From contig JABSRG010000011.1 of NCBI GenBank assembly GCA_013215165.1, forward strand, positions 7,074 to 71,073: 64,000 nt of DNA. The letters are read 5' to 3'. The notes under the pieces were generated by a model. That model had not been told where the DNA came from and ran no database searches. It saw nothing but the letters and a program-made list of their open reading frames with translations. The stretch comes from Opitutales bacterium (GTDB lineage: Bacteria > Verrucomicrobiota > Verrucomicrobiia > Opitutales > JABSRG01). This document shows positions 39,840 to 51,200 of the stretch, in pieces. Numbering within the stretch: position 1 is the first letter of the stretch; the number at the start of each line of letters is the position of its first letter. The translations under genes were made by a program, and so were the position numbers.

Positions 39840-42800
39840 GCCGGCTTCGTTTCTGCGGTCGTTTCAGCCAACTTCGCAAATCGTTTTTCCTTGCGGCCTC
39901 GTAATGCAGTACCGAGATCATCGGCCACCAAATAGAGGCTAGGGATGAGTATGAGTGTCACAATGGTGCTGAAAAGAATCCCGAAGGCGAGGGTGACGGC
40001 CATAGGGATAACCATCTGAGCCTGCATGCTTGTTTCCGAAATAATGGGAATTAGGCCGATAAAGGTGGTAAGCGACGTAAGCAAGATCGCTCGAAAACGG
40101 CGCACGCCGGCAGCTCGTGCAGCATCGCGAACGTTAAGGCCTCGTGCTTTGCCTTGATTTACAAAATCGACCATCACCAAGCTGTCGTTGACGACTACTC
40201 CTGCGAGAGCGATCAGTCCGCACATTGAGAGAATGCTGATGGGTAAGCCCAAAATAAAATGCCCTACCAATGCGCCGATGAAGCCGAATGGAATGACCGC
40301 CATAATAAACAAGGGCTGCGTGTAGGATTTCAATGGAATTGCCATGAGTGCATAAATGGCAAAAAGGGCGAACCCCAGTCCGACAAAAAGTTCAAATAGG
40401 GACTCTTCGCCTTCTTCGCTTTGACCGGTTAGCCGATAACCTACGGTTGGGTAACGGGGTTGGATCCGCTCTTCGAAATATTGCCTCACTTCGCCAACGA
40501 TTCTTCCTGGCTCCGCAATCGTTTTGTCGGCGGTGGCAGTAATCTCTGTGGAACGTTTACCATCAAAACGGCGTATGGACGTAAATCCGGTGCGCATTTC
40601 GACATCTGCCACCGATGCAAATGGCATTGAACGTCCGTCCACAGTTCGAAAATACATGGATTCCAGATCGTGCATGGAGCGACGCTCTTCCTCGGGGTAG
40701 CGTACCATTACTTTGACTTCGTCTTCCCCGCGTTGCAGGCGTTGCACCTCAAAGCCGTAGAAACCGTAGCGTGCTTGAGCTGCGATGTCCGCCAGTGTCA
40801 AGCCGAGTGCTTCGGCTTCCGGTTTTACTTCAAGGATAGCCTCTGGCGGGCCGTCACTCAAATCGCTCTTCACATTGTAGACACCTGCATATTCGCGCAG
40901 TTTGTTTTCTACGAGGGTGGCGACTGCTGCGAGGTCGTCCATGTTTTCACTTTCCAAGCTCAGTCCTATGTCAGCTCCGCCATCACCGAATGACCCGCTG
41001 ATATCGACCGACTCAGCGCCAGGGACTTCGCCGACTTTTTCGCTCCAGAGTCGCGCGATTTGTTTGGAATCGATGGAGCGGTTTTCTGATGGATTTAGCT
41101 CAATGAAGATGAAGCCATTGCGGCGATCGGATAACCAACTGCGGGTGTGTTTCACGAGTGGATACCCTGTTTCGTCGAGCATTTCCTGATCTAACTCCTC
41201 AAGGGCGGTTTCTAACTCGCGGACTGTGCCTCGGAGGCTTTCGAATGATGTGCCCGCTTTCATTTCAACACTCGCCGAAATATAGTCGCTTGGGTTGTCG
41301 GGAAAAAACACAAAACGTACGATACCTCCGGTGACTGCCCCGACTGAGATCATGAGGGCTCCAATGAATAGGGACAACGTGGTATATCTATGTTGCAGCG
41401 CTTTGTTGAGGATCGGTTCGTAGACTCTTCGGATAAGCCACTTTAGTTTTGCTTCTAGCCCGTCCTGTAAGCGGGTTAGAGATGTAGGTTTCCTAGGTTT
41501 CGTTCTGCGCTTTGCCAAACTCATGAGATGGGCTGGCAGTATCCATTTGGACTCGATGAGTGAAAACACGAGGGCGAGTATGACGACCATGCCGACTGAT
41601 TTCCAAAGCGGACCGGACGGTCCAGAGATCATGGTCATCGGGATAAAGGCTGCGATCGTCGTAAGGACGCCAAAAGTTGCTGGCAGCGCGACTTGCTGAG
41701 CACCGGAGATGACATTGTCCACGGTGGGGCCGTGTTCTTCGACGTTTGAGTAGACGTTCTCACCGATTACGATTGCATCATCGACCAAGATTCCGAGCAC
41801 CAGAATAAAGCCGAACAGGCTGATCATGTTTACTGAGACATCGAATAGTGGCATCAGCCATAGGGTGCCCAGGAAGCAGACGGGGATGCCGACTACGACC
41901 CAGAATGCCACGTTCAGGCGCAGAAATAGCCCAAGCATGAGGAAGACTAGGGTAGCTCCCAGGGCGAGATTTCCCATCATCATGTTTAGACGCCCTTTTA
42001 AATAATGAGAACCATCGGCCCACGTTGAGATGTAGATGCCATCGGGAAGTTCTGCTTGTTTCTGAGCTACGTATTCTCGAACAGCTCGGGCGATGGCGAT
42101 TTCGCTTTGGTCCCCTACAGAGAAGACGCTCAGACTCAGACTCGGCTGCCCATTGAATGTGGCGAAACGTCGGTTCTCCACGAAGCCGTCTCTTATGTTG
42201 GCAACGTCCCCGAGGGTCACACGGGCGCCGTCAGGTGTTTTGATAAGCGTAATTTCAGAGAATTCGGTTCCCGTGTAAACTTTGCCATCTGTGCGCAATC
42301 GAATGTCGGCGTTATCAGTTCTTATGGTGCCCCCGGGTAGGTCGACCGACGAGGCGCGCACGCGCTGAGCCACTTGGGCCAGGGTGAGGTTATAGTGTTT
42401 CAGTGTATCCTCGGAGATTTCGATCGAGATCTCGAAAGCACGGGTATCATTGAGTTCGACGAGCGAAATTTCAGGAAGGGCGGCAAGTTCTTCACGCACC
42501 TGTTGCGCAATCTCTGTCATCTGGCGTTCATCGATGTTTCCGTAGACTTGAACGTCGATAATATCGTCTTGAGTACGTATGCGGCTGATGATGGGGCGCT
42601 CTGCGTTTTCTGGAAATGTGAAGATGGAGCCCACACGGAGGCTCACTTCATCCATGACTTCAGATATAGAATAGCTGGCTTCGACGCGTGCCGTTATAGT
42701 ACCCACGCCTTCTCTCGCCTCTGAGCGTATCTCTTCGATACCTTCGAGGCCCTCGATTGCTTCCTCGATCTTGATATTGATCCCGCGTTCAACTTCGAGC

Positions 42801-42988
42801 GGACTTGCGCCGGGGTACGGCACGGAGATGCGGATAACTTTTAGACGAAATGCGGGTTCAGCTTCTTTAGAAATGGTGAAGGCAGAGAAGGTGCCTCCGA
42901 TGATCAGGACCAGTAATAGAAGGTTCGCCGCGACTGGATTACGCGCGAACCAAGCAATAGTGCCCTTAGTTGTATCGTGGTTACGCAT
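39836..42988 (-). CDS. RND efflux transporter permease
   Basis: WFARNPVAANLL, GILVDDAIVIGEN, GVVVNDSLV, RFRAILLTSLTT. Confidence 0.94.
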   Translation of the reverse strand: MRNHDTTKGTIAWFARNPVAANLLLLVLIIGGTFSAFTISKEAEPAFRLKVIRISVPYPGASPLEVERGINIKIEEAIEGLEGIEEIRSEAREGVGTITARVEASYSISEVMDEVSLRVGSIFTFPENAERPIISRIRTQDDIIDVQVYGNIDERQMTEIAQQVREELAALPEISLVELNDTRAFEISIEISEDTLKHYNLTLAQVAQRVRASSVDLPGGTIRTDNADIRLRTDGKVYTGTEFSEITLIKTPDGARVTLGDVANIRDGFVENRRFATFNGQPSLSLSVFSVGDQSEIAIARAVREYVAQKQAELPDGIYISTWADGSHYLKGRLNMMMGNLALGATLVFLMLGLFLRLNVAFWVVVGIPVCFLGTLWLMPLFDVSVNMISLFGFILVLGILVDDAIVIGENVYSNVEEHGPTVDNVISGAQQVALPATFGVLTTIAAFIPMTMISGPSGPLWKSVGMVVILALVFSLIESKWILPAHLMSLAKRRTKPRKPTSLTRLQDGLEAKLKWLIRRVYEPILNKALQHRYTTLSLFIGALMISVGAVTGGIVRFVFFPDNPSDYISASVEMKAGTSFESLRGTVRELETALEELDQEMLDETGYPLVKHTRSWLSDRRNGFIFIELNPSENRSIDSKQIARLWSEKVGEVPGAESVDISGSFGDGGADIGLSLESENMDDLAAVATLVENKLREYAGVYNVKSDLSDGPPEAILEVKPEAEALGLTLADIAAQARYGFYGFEVQRLQRGEDEVKVMVRYPEEERRSMHDLESMYFRTVDGRSMPFASVADVEMRTGFTSIRRFDGKRSTEITATADKTIAEPGRIVGEVRQYFEERIQPRYPTVGYRLTGQSEEGEESLFELFVGLGFALFAIYALMAIPLKSYTQPLFIMAVIPFGFIGALVGHFILGLPISILSMCGLIALAGVVVNDSLVMVDFVNQGKARGLNVRDAARAAGVRRFRAILLTSLTTFIGLIPIISETSMQAQMVIPMAVTLAFGILFSTIVTLILIPSLYLVADDLGTALRGRKEKRFAKLAETTAETKPA

Positions 42989-44141
42989 CGTTTTGTGTAG
43001 ATGCAATGGGCTGTGGATTTACTTTTATCCCATTGAACAGGGTCTGTGGTGCGGTGAGACACAGGCGGTCTCCAGTGCTCAATCCGGCTGCAATGTATGC
43101 AAAGTGGGAATCTGTGCGCCGAATGGTAACGTCCCGTATCTCAACAGTATTTTCTTGAGTGAGCACGGCCACTTGATCGGTTCCACGGAGCGCGGCGCGC
43201 GGGATACGAGCTACTTGTTTCATCATTTTTCCGGTCACCTCAGCGGTGACAAATGATCCGAGGATAAGCGGTAGGGCCTTTTCAGAGTGTCTAGCATAGG
43301 GGTCTGCCAGTCGAGCGACGATAAAGAGTGTGCGGCTATCAGCATCGATAGTCTGTTCTGACCTGACTATGGGAGTTTCCCAGGTGTGTGTATCGCCGTT
43401 GATGGCGAAGGTGAGATGGGCTGAATACTCCGTGTCGTTGGGGAGGTATGTGATATCGTCCCAAGGGATACCGAGGCGAATTTCTGCGTAGTCGATTGCA
43501 TCGAGCCGCGCAATTTGTGAGCCGGGGTTGACTACTTCTCCCATTTCAGTCTCGACCGTGCGGATTAAGGCTTCGAAGGGAGCACGGATTTCTGTGCGTG
43601 AGAGGTTGCGTTTTGCGCGGTCTAGCTCTGCTTCTGCAGCAGTGAGTTGGGCCTCGGCTTCTGCTAATTGTGGTTTCCGTAGGGACAGTGGGCTCGCTGC
43701 ACCATTTCCGGATGCTTCCCAGTCGAGTCGTGCTTGCTCGGACTGGGCGATTTCCTGTGCTAGGCGAAGGCGTGCCGAGGCGACCTGGGCCTGTTGGCGG
43801 CTGACTTCGGCTTTGAAGTCAGCATCGTCGACACGGACGAGCAATTCGTCTTTGGCAACAAACTCCCCGGGATAGAAACGTGGGCTGACCTCAACGATTT
43901 GTCCTGAGACCTGGGATGCGAGGTCAGATCGGCTGCGGGGTGTGACAAAACCTTGGGTATGGATTCGGACGGGATAGTCCGATAATTGCACATGGATCAC
44001 CTCTACTTGCCTGGGCGGAATGGGATCGGGCTCTCGGACTTCTGCACTCTTTGGTCGTGAAATTATGGCTGTTATTCCCGCAGCAACGACGATCACCAGC
44101 AAGGGAGGAACGATTTTTTTGGACATGCTTCGAGCGCTCAT
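42981..44141 (-). CDS. RND efflux periplasmic adaptor (MFP)
   Basis: N-terminal anchor, SQVSGQI, coiled coil, IRAPF. Confidence 0.92.
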   Translation of the reverse strand: MSARSMSKKIVPPLLVIVVAAGITAIISRPKSAEVREPDPIPPRQVEVIHVQLSDYPVRIHTQGFVTPRSRSDLASQVSGQIVEVSPRFYPGEFVAKDELLVRVDDADFKAEVSRQQAQVASARLRLAQEIAQSEQARLDWEASGNGAASPLSLRKPQLAEAEAQLTAAEAELDRAKRNLSRTEIRAPFEALIRTVETEMGEVVNPGSQIARLDAIDYAEIRLGIPWDDITYLPNDTEYSAHLTFAINGDTHTWETPIVRSEQTIDADSRTLFIVARLADPYARHSEKALPLILGSFVTAEVTGKMMKQVARIPRAALRGTDQVAVLTQENTVEIRDVTIRRTDSHFAYIAAGLSTGDRLCLTAPQTLFNGIKVNPQPIASTQNDA

Positions 44142-44412
44142 TGAATCCGTGGAGCGTCTGGCGCGCCGTGGAATGTCTGAGATATAGGGTGATTTGTTAA
44201 TCTTTTCATTTCCAGGCTTCCGTATCGGGTCTGTGACAGCAGTCCTGGGGACTTGGGTGCTGTATGTATCTTAGCCCTGTCACTGAATAGGTAAACGCGT
44301 GCGATCTGTTTCAGCGTAAGAAGCCTCATTAATTTAGCAAAAGCTTAGCTAATTTTAGTAATTAAGATCTCTGTTTTAGGGGCGAATTTTCTTTACGCTC
44401 TGCTATACAATT

Positions 44413-46590
44413 ATGAAGAAATTTACTGTCAAAGCACGTATCCTTATCGGATTCGCCACGCTGTTTGCCGTCACGACTGGTGTCGGATTGGCCACAGTTA
44501 TTCAACAACGTCAAGTCGTTCAAGAGGCCGTTGATGAAAAGGCTGCATGGCTCACTGAGATTCTTCTGCCTAAGTTGAGCCAAGGAAAAAGCATCCAGTC
44601 TGAGACGCTACTTACAATGTATGCTAACAGAGCCTATGGTTATAGTGCCGACGAGCGATTTTTTGAAGAGGGACAGCAACGTTTTAGTGCATTGGCCACA
44701 TTGCTGGATGAATCCCTTGTGAAAAATGAGGAGCTAGGCCTCTCAGAATTTACTGAGATCGAAGAGCAGATGCTTTCGGATGCCCTGGCATATAACGAAT
44801 TGGTATTGGACACCCGCCAGAGCAATGAAAGCTTAGCGGAGGAACGTAAGGCGATGGATGCAGCAGCAGCCAAATTTGTTAAGTTGGTCGACACCTTCGC
44901 CGCGAGCCAGGATGACCAGCTTGAACATGAACTTAAGGAGCGGATGTTTAAGATCGACCGCTCGGCTGAATTGTTAGCGTTGGGGAACCGGGCGCGCATA
45001 GCCAATTTTAAAGGTCAGGCCAAAGGGGAAATTAAGTATTTTGACGCGGCGCTCCAGTCGCTTGGAGAGGTGAAAGCGGTTCTCGATGCCCTAGATCCCG
45101 TTATTCGAGATGTGGAGGACATAGCACGTTTAGATGCTGTGAGGGTGTCGTCAGTGGACTACAGTGCAGCGATTCGAGCTTTTTCGGAGATGTCGGAGCA
45201 GGAGGTAATCAAAGAGGGAGATCTGTCTGACATCCGCGTCGCGATGGATACGGCTGCAGACACATTTGTCACCAATACTGAGGCGCTGTTTGCTGATCAA
45301 CAGACAAAGACCAAGCAGGATATTCAAGAACGTGTATTCAAGCTGAAGTTGATAAAGAGCATCGCTAATAAGGGTAATCAGGCTCGAGTGGCTAATTTCA
45401 AATTTCAGGCAAAACGGGAAGCGACTTATGCTCGAGAGGCGATGGGTTGGATCGACGGTATGTCAGAAGAGTTTGGCCAGCTGTATCCCCTTACCCGGCG
45501 CCCGGTGGACATTGATAGCTTGGATGGCATACGTGAGGCGACAACGGCTTATAGCGAAGCGATCGCTGCATTTCTCGAGGACTTTGAAAGAATCAATGCG
45601 CTTGCCGACCTCCGGACACAAGCGGGGGAGCGCGTCCTTTCGGGTGCGCGGAATGCATCGAATCTGGGATTCAGTGGGGCACTGCAAGTGGCAGACGAAA
45701 CCATGGACCGCCTCCGGGCTGCCAATGGGTTTTTGATCTGGGGTTTGGTTGGCTCTATAGCCCTTGCCTTGGTGCTGTCAGCCACTATCTCTCGCAGCAT
45801 TACATCGGCTTTGAAGAAAGCCATTGAGATACTTTCCGACAGCTCCAATCAGACTACTGCGACCGCCGAGAAGATTGCGCATTGTACGAATAAGCTGTCG
45901 CACGGCGCATCGAGCCAAGCGTCTTCTTTGGAGGAGACCAGTGCGAGTATGGTGGAGATGGCCAGTATGACGAAGCGCAATGCTGAGTCTGCTCAAAACG
46001 CGAGTGCTATGTCTGTGGACTCGCGCAAGGCCGCGGATAAGGGCGTGGGTGAAATGACTGAAATGACGCAGGCTATGTCAGATATCCAGGATTCCAGTGA
46101 AGCAATTTCGAAAATCATCAACACCATCGACGAGATTGCGTTCCAGACTAATATTTTGGCGCTCAACGCAGCCGTGGAGGCAGCGCGTGCCGGTGAAGCC
46201 GGACAAGGTTTCGCGGTCGTAGCCGACGAGGTGCGAAATTTAGCGCAGCGCAGTGCCGTTGCGGCTCGCGAAACAGCGGAGAAGATTGAGGCGGCGATTG
46301 GCATCAGTCAGCGAGGAGGCGAAATCAGCGAGCGTGTTCAATCGAGCCTTGAGGAAATCGTCGAGAAGACTCGCGAGGTGGATAGCTATATCAGCCAGAT
46401 CGCTGCTGCATCGACAGAACAGAGCCAGGGGATTTCTGAAATTAATGATGCTGTCGCTAGCATTGATCAAATTACTCAAGCCAATGCGATCAGTGCTGAA
46501 GAGACGGCTGAGGCTTCATCGAGCCTCGATACCCAAGCTGCAGAGCTCGCTCACATTGTGCAAGACTTCCGTAAATTGGTAGGGAGCTAA
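44413..46590 (+). CDS. Methyl-accepting chemotaxis protein with a large duplicated periplasmic helical sensor
   Basis: Two TM segments; [37 protein letters not shown]. Confidence 0.93.
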   Translation: MKKFTVKARILIGFATLFAVTTGVGLATVIQQRQVVQEAVDEKAAWLTEILLPKLSQGKSIQSETLLTMYANRAYGYSADERFFEEGQQRFSALATLLDESLVKNEELGLSEFTEIEEQMLSDALAYNELVLDTRQSNESLAEERKAMDAAAAKFVKLVDTFAASQDDQLEHELKERMFKIDRSAELLALGNRARIANFKGQAKGEIKYFDAALQSLGEVKAVLDALDPVIRDVEDIARLDAVRVSSVDYSAAIRAFSEMSEQEVIKEGDLSDIRVAMDTAADTFVTNTEALFADQQTKTKQDIQERVFKLKLIKSIANKGNQARVANFKFQAKREATYAREAMGWIDGMSEEFGQLYPLTRRPVDIDSLDGIREATTAYSEAIAAFLEDFERINALADLRTQAGERVLSGARNASNLGFSGALQVADETMDRLRAANGFLIWGLVGSIALALVLSATISRSITSALKKAIEILSDSSNQTTATAEKIAHCTNKLSHGASSQASSLEETSASMVEMASMTKRNAESAQNASAMSVDSRKAADKGVGEMTEMTQAMSDIQDSSEAISKIINTIDEIAFQTNILALNAAVEAARAGEAGQGFAVVADEVRNLAQRSAVAARETAEKIEAAIGISQRGGEISERVQSSLEEIVEKTREVDSYISQIAAASTEQSQGISEINDAVASIDQITQANAISAEETAEASSSLDTQAAELAHIVQDFRKLVGS

Positions 46591-46627
46591 ATCATATTAG
46601 ATTCGTGGACCAGCCTATGTTCTTAGG

Positions 46628-47365
46628 CTAAGAGGGCGTATTTTTCTTTTTGGGCTGAGCGGGTTGATACATGAGGTCCTCGAAGCCTAGACCGGTAATC
46701 TTTTTAATATTGGTGAATACGTACCACATAGCGTAGCCGAGCATAAGAATCGAGGGTAGGGCAATGACTGCGAAACTCATTGCTTGGAGTTTCCCGAGTT
46801 CTGAATTGTAAGCGTCAGTGCCGGGCTCGCTGACTACGATTATTGTGGTGAGGATATAGTTCAATATGGATGAGACGACAAAGGAGGCTGCGAGATACCA
46901 AGTGCCCCGGGCGAGCACTTTGTCGAATTCACCACGGTCTCCTTCGGGAATAGCGGCATCAATTCGGTCAACATCCATGATTTCGCGGTTAAGAATAAAG
47001 AGACGGACCAAGGGCTTTTTTGTGAGCGCACTCGCTCCCGTGATGATGGCGAAAATTGCAGGAATACCCGCCTCTTTGACGGCAAGCCATTTGTTATCTA
47101 AGTGCAGTAATCCGATTCCCCCAGTGAGGAGCACAGACACAAAGCCGATGATGGAAAAGAGGTTTGCTTTTTTTCGGGTGACAAAGTCGTAGATACCGTA
47201 GCCGAGTGGGAACACTAAAGCGATGATAAGCACCGCTGTCGGAGACGCGTTAAACCAGTCGTCCCCTTTGTTCAGGAGGAGCACCGGCAGGACGAGGTTC
47301 ATGCCCAGGTTGAGGAAGGCATTTTCTTGCTTTTGGGGCGTCGCTTTGGGCGCGGAATCGGTCAT
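46628..47365 (-). CDS. VC0807-family membrane protein
   Basis: GFVSVLLTGGIGL, WLAVKEA.IP, YN.ELGK. Confidence 0.75.
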   Translation of the reverse strand: MTDSAPKATPQKQENAFLNLGMNLVLPVLLLNKGDDWFNASPTAVLIIALVFPLGYGIYDFVTRKKANLFSIIGFVSVLLTGGIGLLHLDNKWLAVKEAGIPAIFAIITGASALTKKPLVRLFILNREIMDVDRIDAAIPEGDRGEFDKVLARGTWYLAASFVVSSILNYILTTIIVVSEPGTDAYNSELGKLQAMSFAVIALPSILMLGYAMWYVFTNIKKITGLGFEDLMYQPAQPKKKNTPS

Positions 47366-47425
47366 GGCGAGTAAGATTGTAAGTTTGGGATGGGAGTAAA
47401 TGGGAAACAGCGTTATCTCATAAAG

Positions 47426-48067
47426 ATGCGATGTCTTATCACAGCAGGCCCCACCCGCGAATATATTGATCCGGTCCGATTTCTCAGTAACCCGTCTTCG
47501 GGTAAGATGGGGTTTGCCCTCGCTGAGGCGGCGCTGGAGATCGGGTGGACTGTCGATCTAGTGAGTGGACCGTCCACCCTGGTGGAGCCTTCTGAAGTGA
47601 TCCGATATCCGGTAGAAACAGGCGATGAGATGTTTGACGCTGTGGATGCTTTGTTTGACGCCTGCGATGTGTTCATTTCAACGGCTGCGGTGATGGATTT
47701 TCGTCCGGTGCAGCGCTTTGAGCAGAAGGTCAAAAAGAATGAGGCTTCGCTGACTATAGAGTTAGAACCCACGCGCGATATCTTAGCGACGATGTCGGCG
47801 CGCAAAAAAGATCAGCTTATGGTGGGTTTTGCGGCAGAGTCGCACGATGTAGAGAAATTTGCCTGTGAGAAACTTATCAAAAAAGACCTCGATTATGTGG
47901 TGGGCAATCAGATTACCGGGCCAGACACAGCCTTTGCAAATGACGATAACTCTGTGGTTTTGATAGATAGAGCGGGTACCATGCGTATCTTTGAGCGTAC
48001 AGGAAAGCATGCTTTGGCGCGACGACTCATCACCATTTTTAGAGATGATGTTATCTCTGCGAAGTGA
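47426..48067 (+). CDS. coaB: Phosphopantothenate--cysteine ligase (stand-alone CoaB)
   Basis: [37 protein letters not shown]. Confidence 0.9.
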   Translation: MRCLITAGPTREYIDPVRFLSNPSSGKMGFALAEAALEIGWTVDLVSGPSTLVEPSEVIRYPVETGDEMFDAVDALFDACDVFISTAAVMDFRPVQRFEQKVKKNEASLTIELEPTRDILATMSARKKDQLMVGFAAESHDVEKFACEKLIKKDLDYVVGNQITGPDTAFANDDNSVVLIDRAGTMRIFERTGKHALARRLITIFRDDVISAK

Positions 48068-48272
48068 ATTTCTCTCGGTGAATCAAAGCTGTTTTATAAC
48101 TCATCGTTTTGTTATTTTCACTGTCAAAACCGCGCTAAAGCGTGGGGATTATTTATTTAGAGTAGACAACCTTTCGATAAATAACGTTTATTAAGTGAGT
48201 ATTTTGTCATAGGCTGCCCTACCTACGGCAACGTGCAATACCCTACTACCCTAAATCTGACCCCAGACCCCT

Positions 48273-51200
48273 ATGGCCTCCTACAAGATGTGGCTGATGG
48301 CGGCTGCATTGACTGCAGCCGGCTTGTTGCCGACTACCCTGTTACCGCAAGTTTCTACTCAAGGTTTTTTGAACCTTCCTCGAAGTGAGGTGCCTGGAAC
48401 GCTCCTCAGTGACCCTTATTCTAACGACTCGATCTATCTCGGTCGCACTACGACCGTTCAGTATCTCAATGGCTGGGTGATTGTTGGGGGCGAAGGCCCG
48501 GGGTCTGCGACAATTGACGGAGTGAATCGAGATTTGCACCTACGCATTTACGACATCAGTGATCCCGCCCAACCAATCCGGCGCCTGCCATCAGACTTTG
48601 GTTTGCCTATAGGAGAGAATGAATGGTACGACGGCGACGTTTGGCATTCTGGTAACTATGGGTCCAATGCGCATGGCTCGTTCCATGTAGAGAACTTCTT
48701 GGGGCGCCCTTACATCTATGTAGAAGAATTTGGGGGTATTGTTCAGAAAACTAATATAAGTACAACTTTTGATCTTTCAGGAAAACGCGTCGACCGTTTG
48801 GGGATAAGTACTAATAGGTCAGGTATGTCAGGGCGTTTTAACGCAACTTTGAGTTGGTATGAAAAAGACGACGTAAGTTTTGCGCCGTTTGAGATCAAAA
48901 AGGAGGTGCTGCATGAAGATGGGCGGTATGAAAAAGTTATACTGGCGACGATTGATCACAAGGGAGAGTTTGGAGGGGGCAATTGGCACCCAATTTTTTT
49001 TGGAGACTTACTCATCTATGTGCGTAGTGGGTCCTCAGCAAGTGACGGTGTGGTCGTTTACCGTCTGCAATATAACGACTTCACAAACCTTGAGACGATG
49101 TCAGTTACGCCACAACTGGTTGCTACATTGGATGGGGGCTTCCAGGGTTACTGGCCTGATCTCTACAGTGATGGGTCGGGTCTATATGTCCTTGGTTCTG
49201 CCAATAGTGAGGTAAACGTGGCCGACATCACAGCTGCTGCTGATCCCAACGGTGATAGTAGTGTGACTCTAGCTGGTAGTCACGTTCATCCCGGCCTGAG
49301 TAGTGTAAACTATCCAGTATATCAGGATCACTTTACATTCATTGATAATGTTAAGTTCGACGTTACTAAAATCATCGCCGGGGATCCCAATCCGGAAGTT
49401 CTAATTTTAGATACACAAAGCGCAGGGTTTGATACTTCTCAAATGTCCTTGCCTTTGGGTAACTTGTGGATGACCGGCGGAAGTAATCGGGGGGGGGGAG
49501 CTACAAGGGTTCTCGGTTTGGGTACAGCAGCAGGAACCCGATGAGATTGCTCCCAATGTCTACTATCATATTCCTCAGGCCGGTCGCACAAACTACCCTG
49601 TTCACGCCCTTTTGAGCTTCATGGTCCAAGAGTCCAAGATTATGGGACCGCGTAATGGTATCGATTTTAAGGTCCGAAGGGTTTTGAATGGAGGTGATTT
49701 AGATACTGAGTTCGTGCCTGGATTCCTGACTCATGATATGAGTGGCATGCTGACTTTTAACCCCGATGTCCCTCTCGATTATGATGCTACCTATCAGGTA
49801 GATTTTCTATCTGATGCAGCGAATCAAATCGGATTTCGTGACGGCGCCGGAAACTACATCGAACCCTACAGTTTTCGCTTTTCGACTGGTTCTGGATTAG
49901 ATGGTCAAGCGCCACCGATTATAGATTCGATTGTAGCTTCGGATTATCAACCCCTTCCGGGTCAGGTATTCGATGTGACTACAGATGCTGAAGGTATTGA
50001 TCTGGAATATCGCTTCAACTTTGGGGATGGTTGGAGCGATTGGACGCAGTCCGCCATAGCGACCTATGCCTACGCTGAACCTGGCCGATACCGGGTGATT
50101 GGTCAGGTGCGTGATAGTGTTGGTACGGTAGCAGCGAGTTCAGTGCGCCTCTTAGTTATTGAGCCGCCAAGCGGCCCATCGCCCACACATAGCAATACAA
50201 TGACGATGGCAGACTTTGAGGGATCTCGAGCAGTTTGGATGGTTAATCCTGATGCGGACACTGTGAGTATGTTTAATCCAACGACGGGATCTAGGCGGGG
50301 AGAAATTAGTGTCGGCGAGCGGCCCCAAAGTGTAGCGGCGGCCGCTGATGGAAGCGTTTGGGTAACCTGTGAAGGTGAGGACGCGATCTATATATTGAAC
50401 AGCGCTGGTACGATACTTGAGGTTCTCGAACTGGGTTATGGAAGCGCGCCTTGGGGGATCGCACCAACACCTGATGGACAACAGATGTTTGTCACACTCT
50501 ATGGTTCGGCACAGTTGGTTCGGTTCGATGTCGCCAATCCATCTGTCGCGGTTTCTACGGCGACCTTTCCCACACCGCGATCGATAGCCGTTACTGCTTC
50601 TGGTGACACGGTATTGGTGACACGTTTGATTTCGACCGATACCAAGGCAGAAGTGGGAGTATTTGCATCGTCCATGGATGCCCTAGTTTGGGTGGACACG
50701 ATAGACATTTTGAGTTCCGACGCAAAAGATGGTGGAGATCGTGCCGCAGGTGTCCCCAATTATTTGGGAGGGATTGCGATCGCGCCCGATGGTAAGCATG
50801 CGTTGGTGACGGCGAAACAAGACAATATCTTTCGCGGTGAAATCTTCGGTGTTTCGGATTTAAGCCATGAGAATACGATGCGAGCTGTGGTGTGTGTGCT
50901 AGATCTCGATGCGCTTGAAGAAGTCCAGTTAATAAATGGGATCTCACAGAGTCGGCGCGATTTCGATAACAGTGCCAATCCGATGGGTATTACCTTTAGC
51001 CCTGCAGGGGATCTCGCGATGTTCGCTTTGCAGGGAAACAACCGGCTGGTGGGGTTTGATACGCTAGATTTAGCCGCGCAAGTAGATCTCTCTGCACAGG
51101 TGTCTATTGACGCCGGCACGGGGCTTGCACCGAGTGGCGTTTTGTTTGATGCCGATACCGGTCGTCTATTTGCAAGTAATTTTACCGGTCGAAGTCTTTC

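Noticed and set aside
47426-48067. CoaB without CoaC as a truncated coaBC
   Set aside because: The ORF is complete for the ligase domain, and split coaB/coaC genes are an established arrangement.
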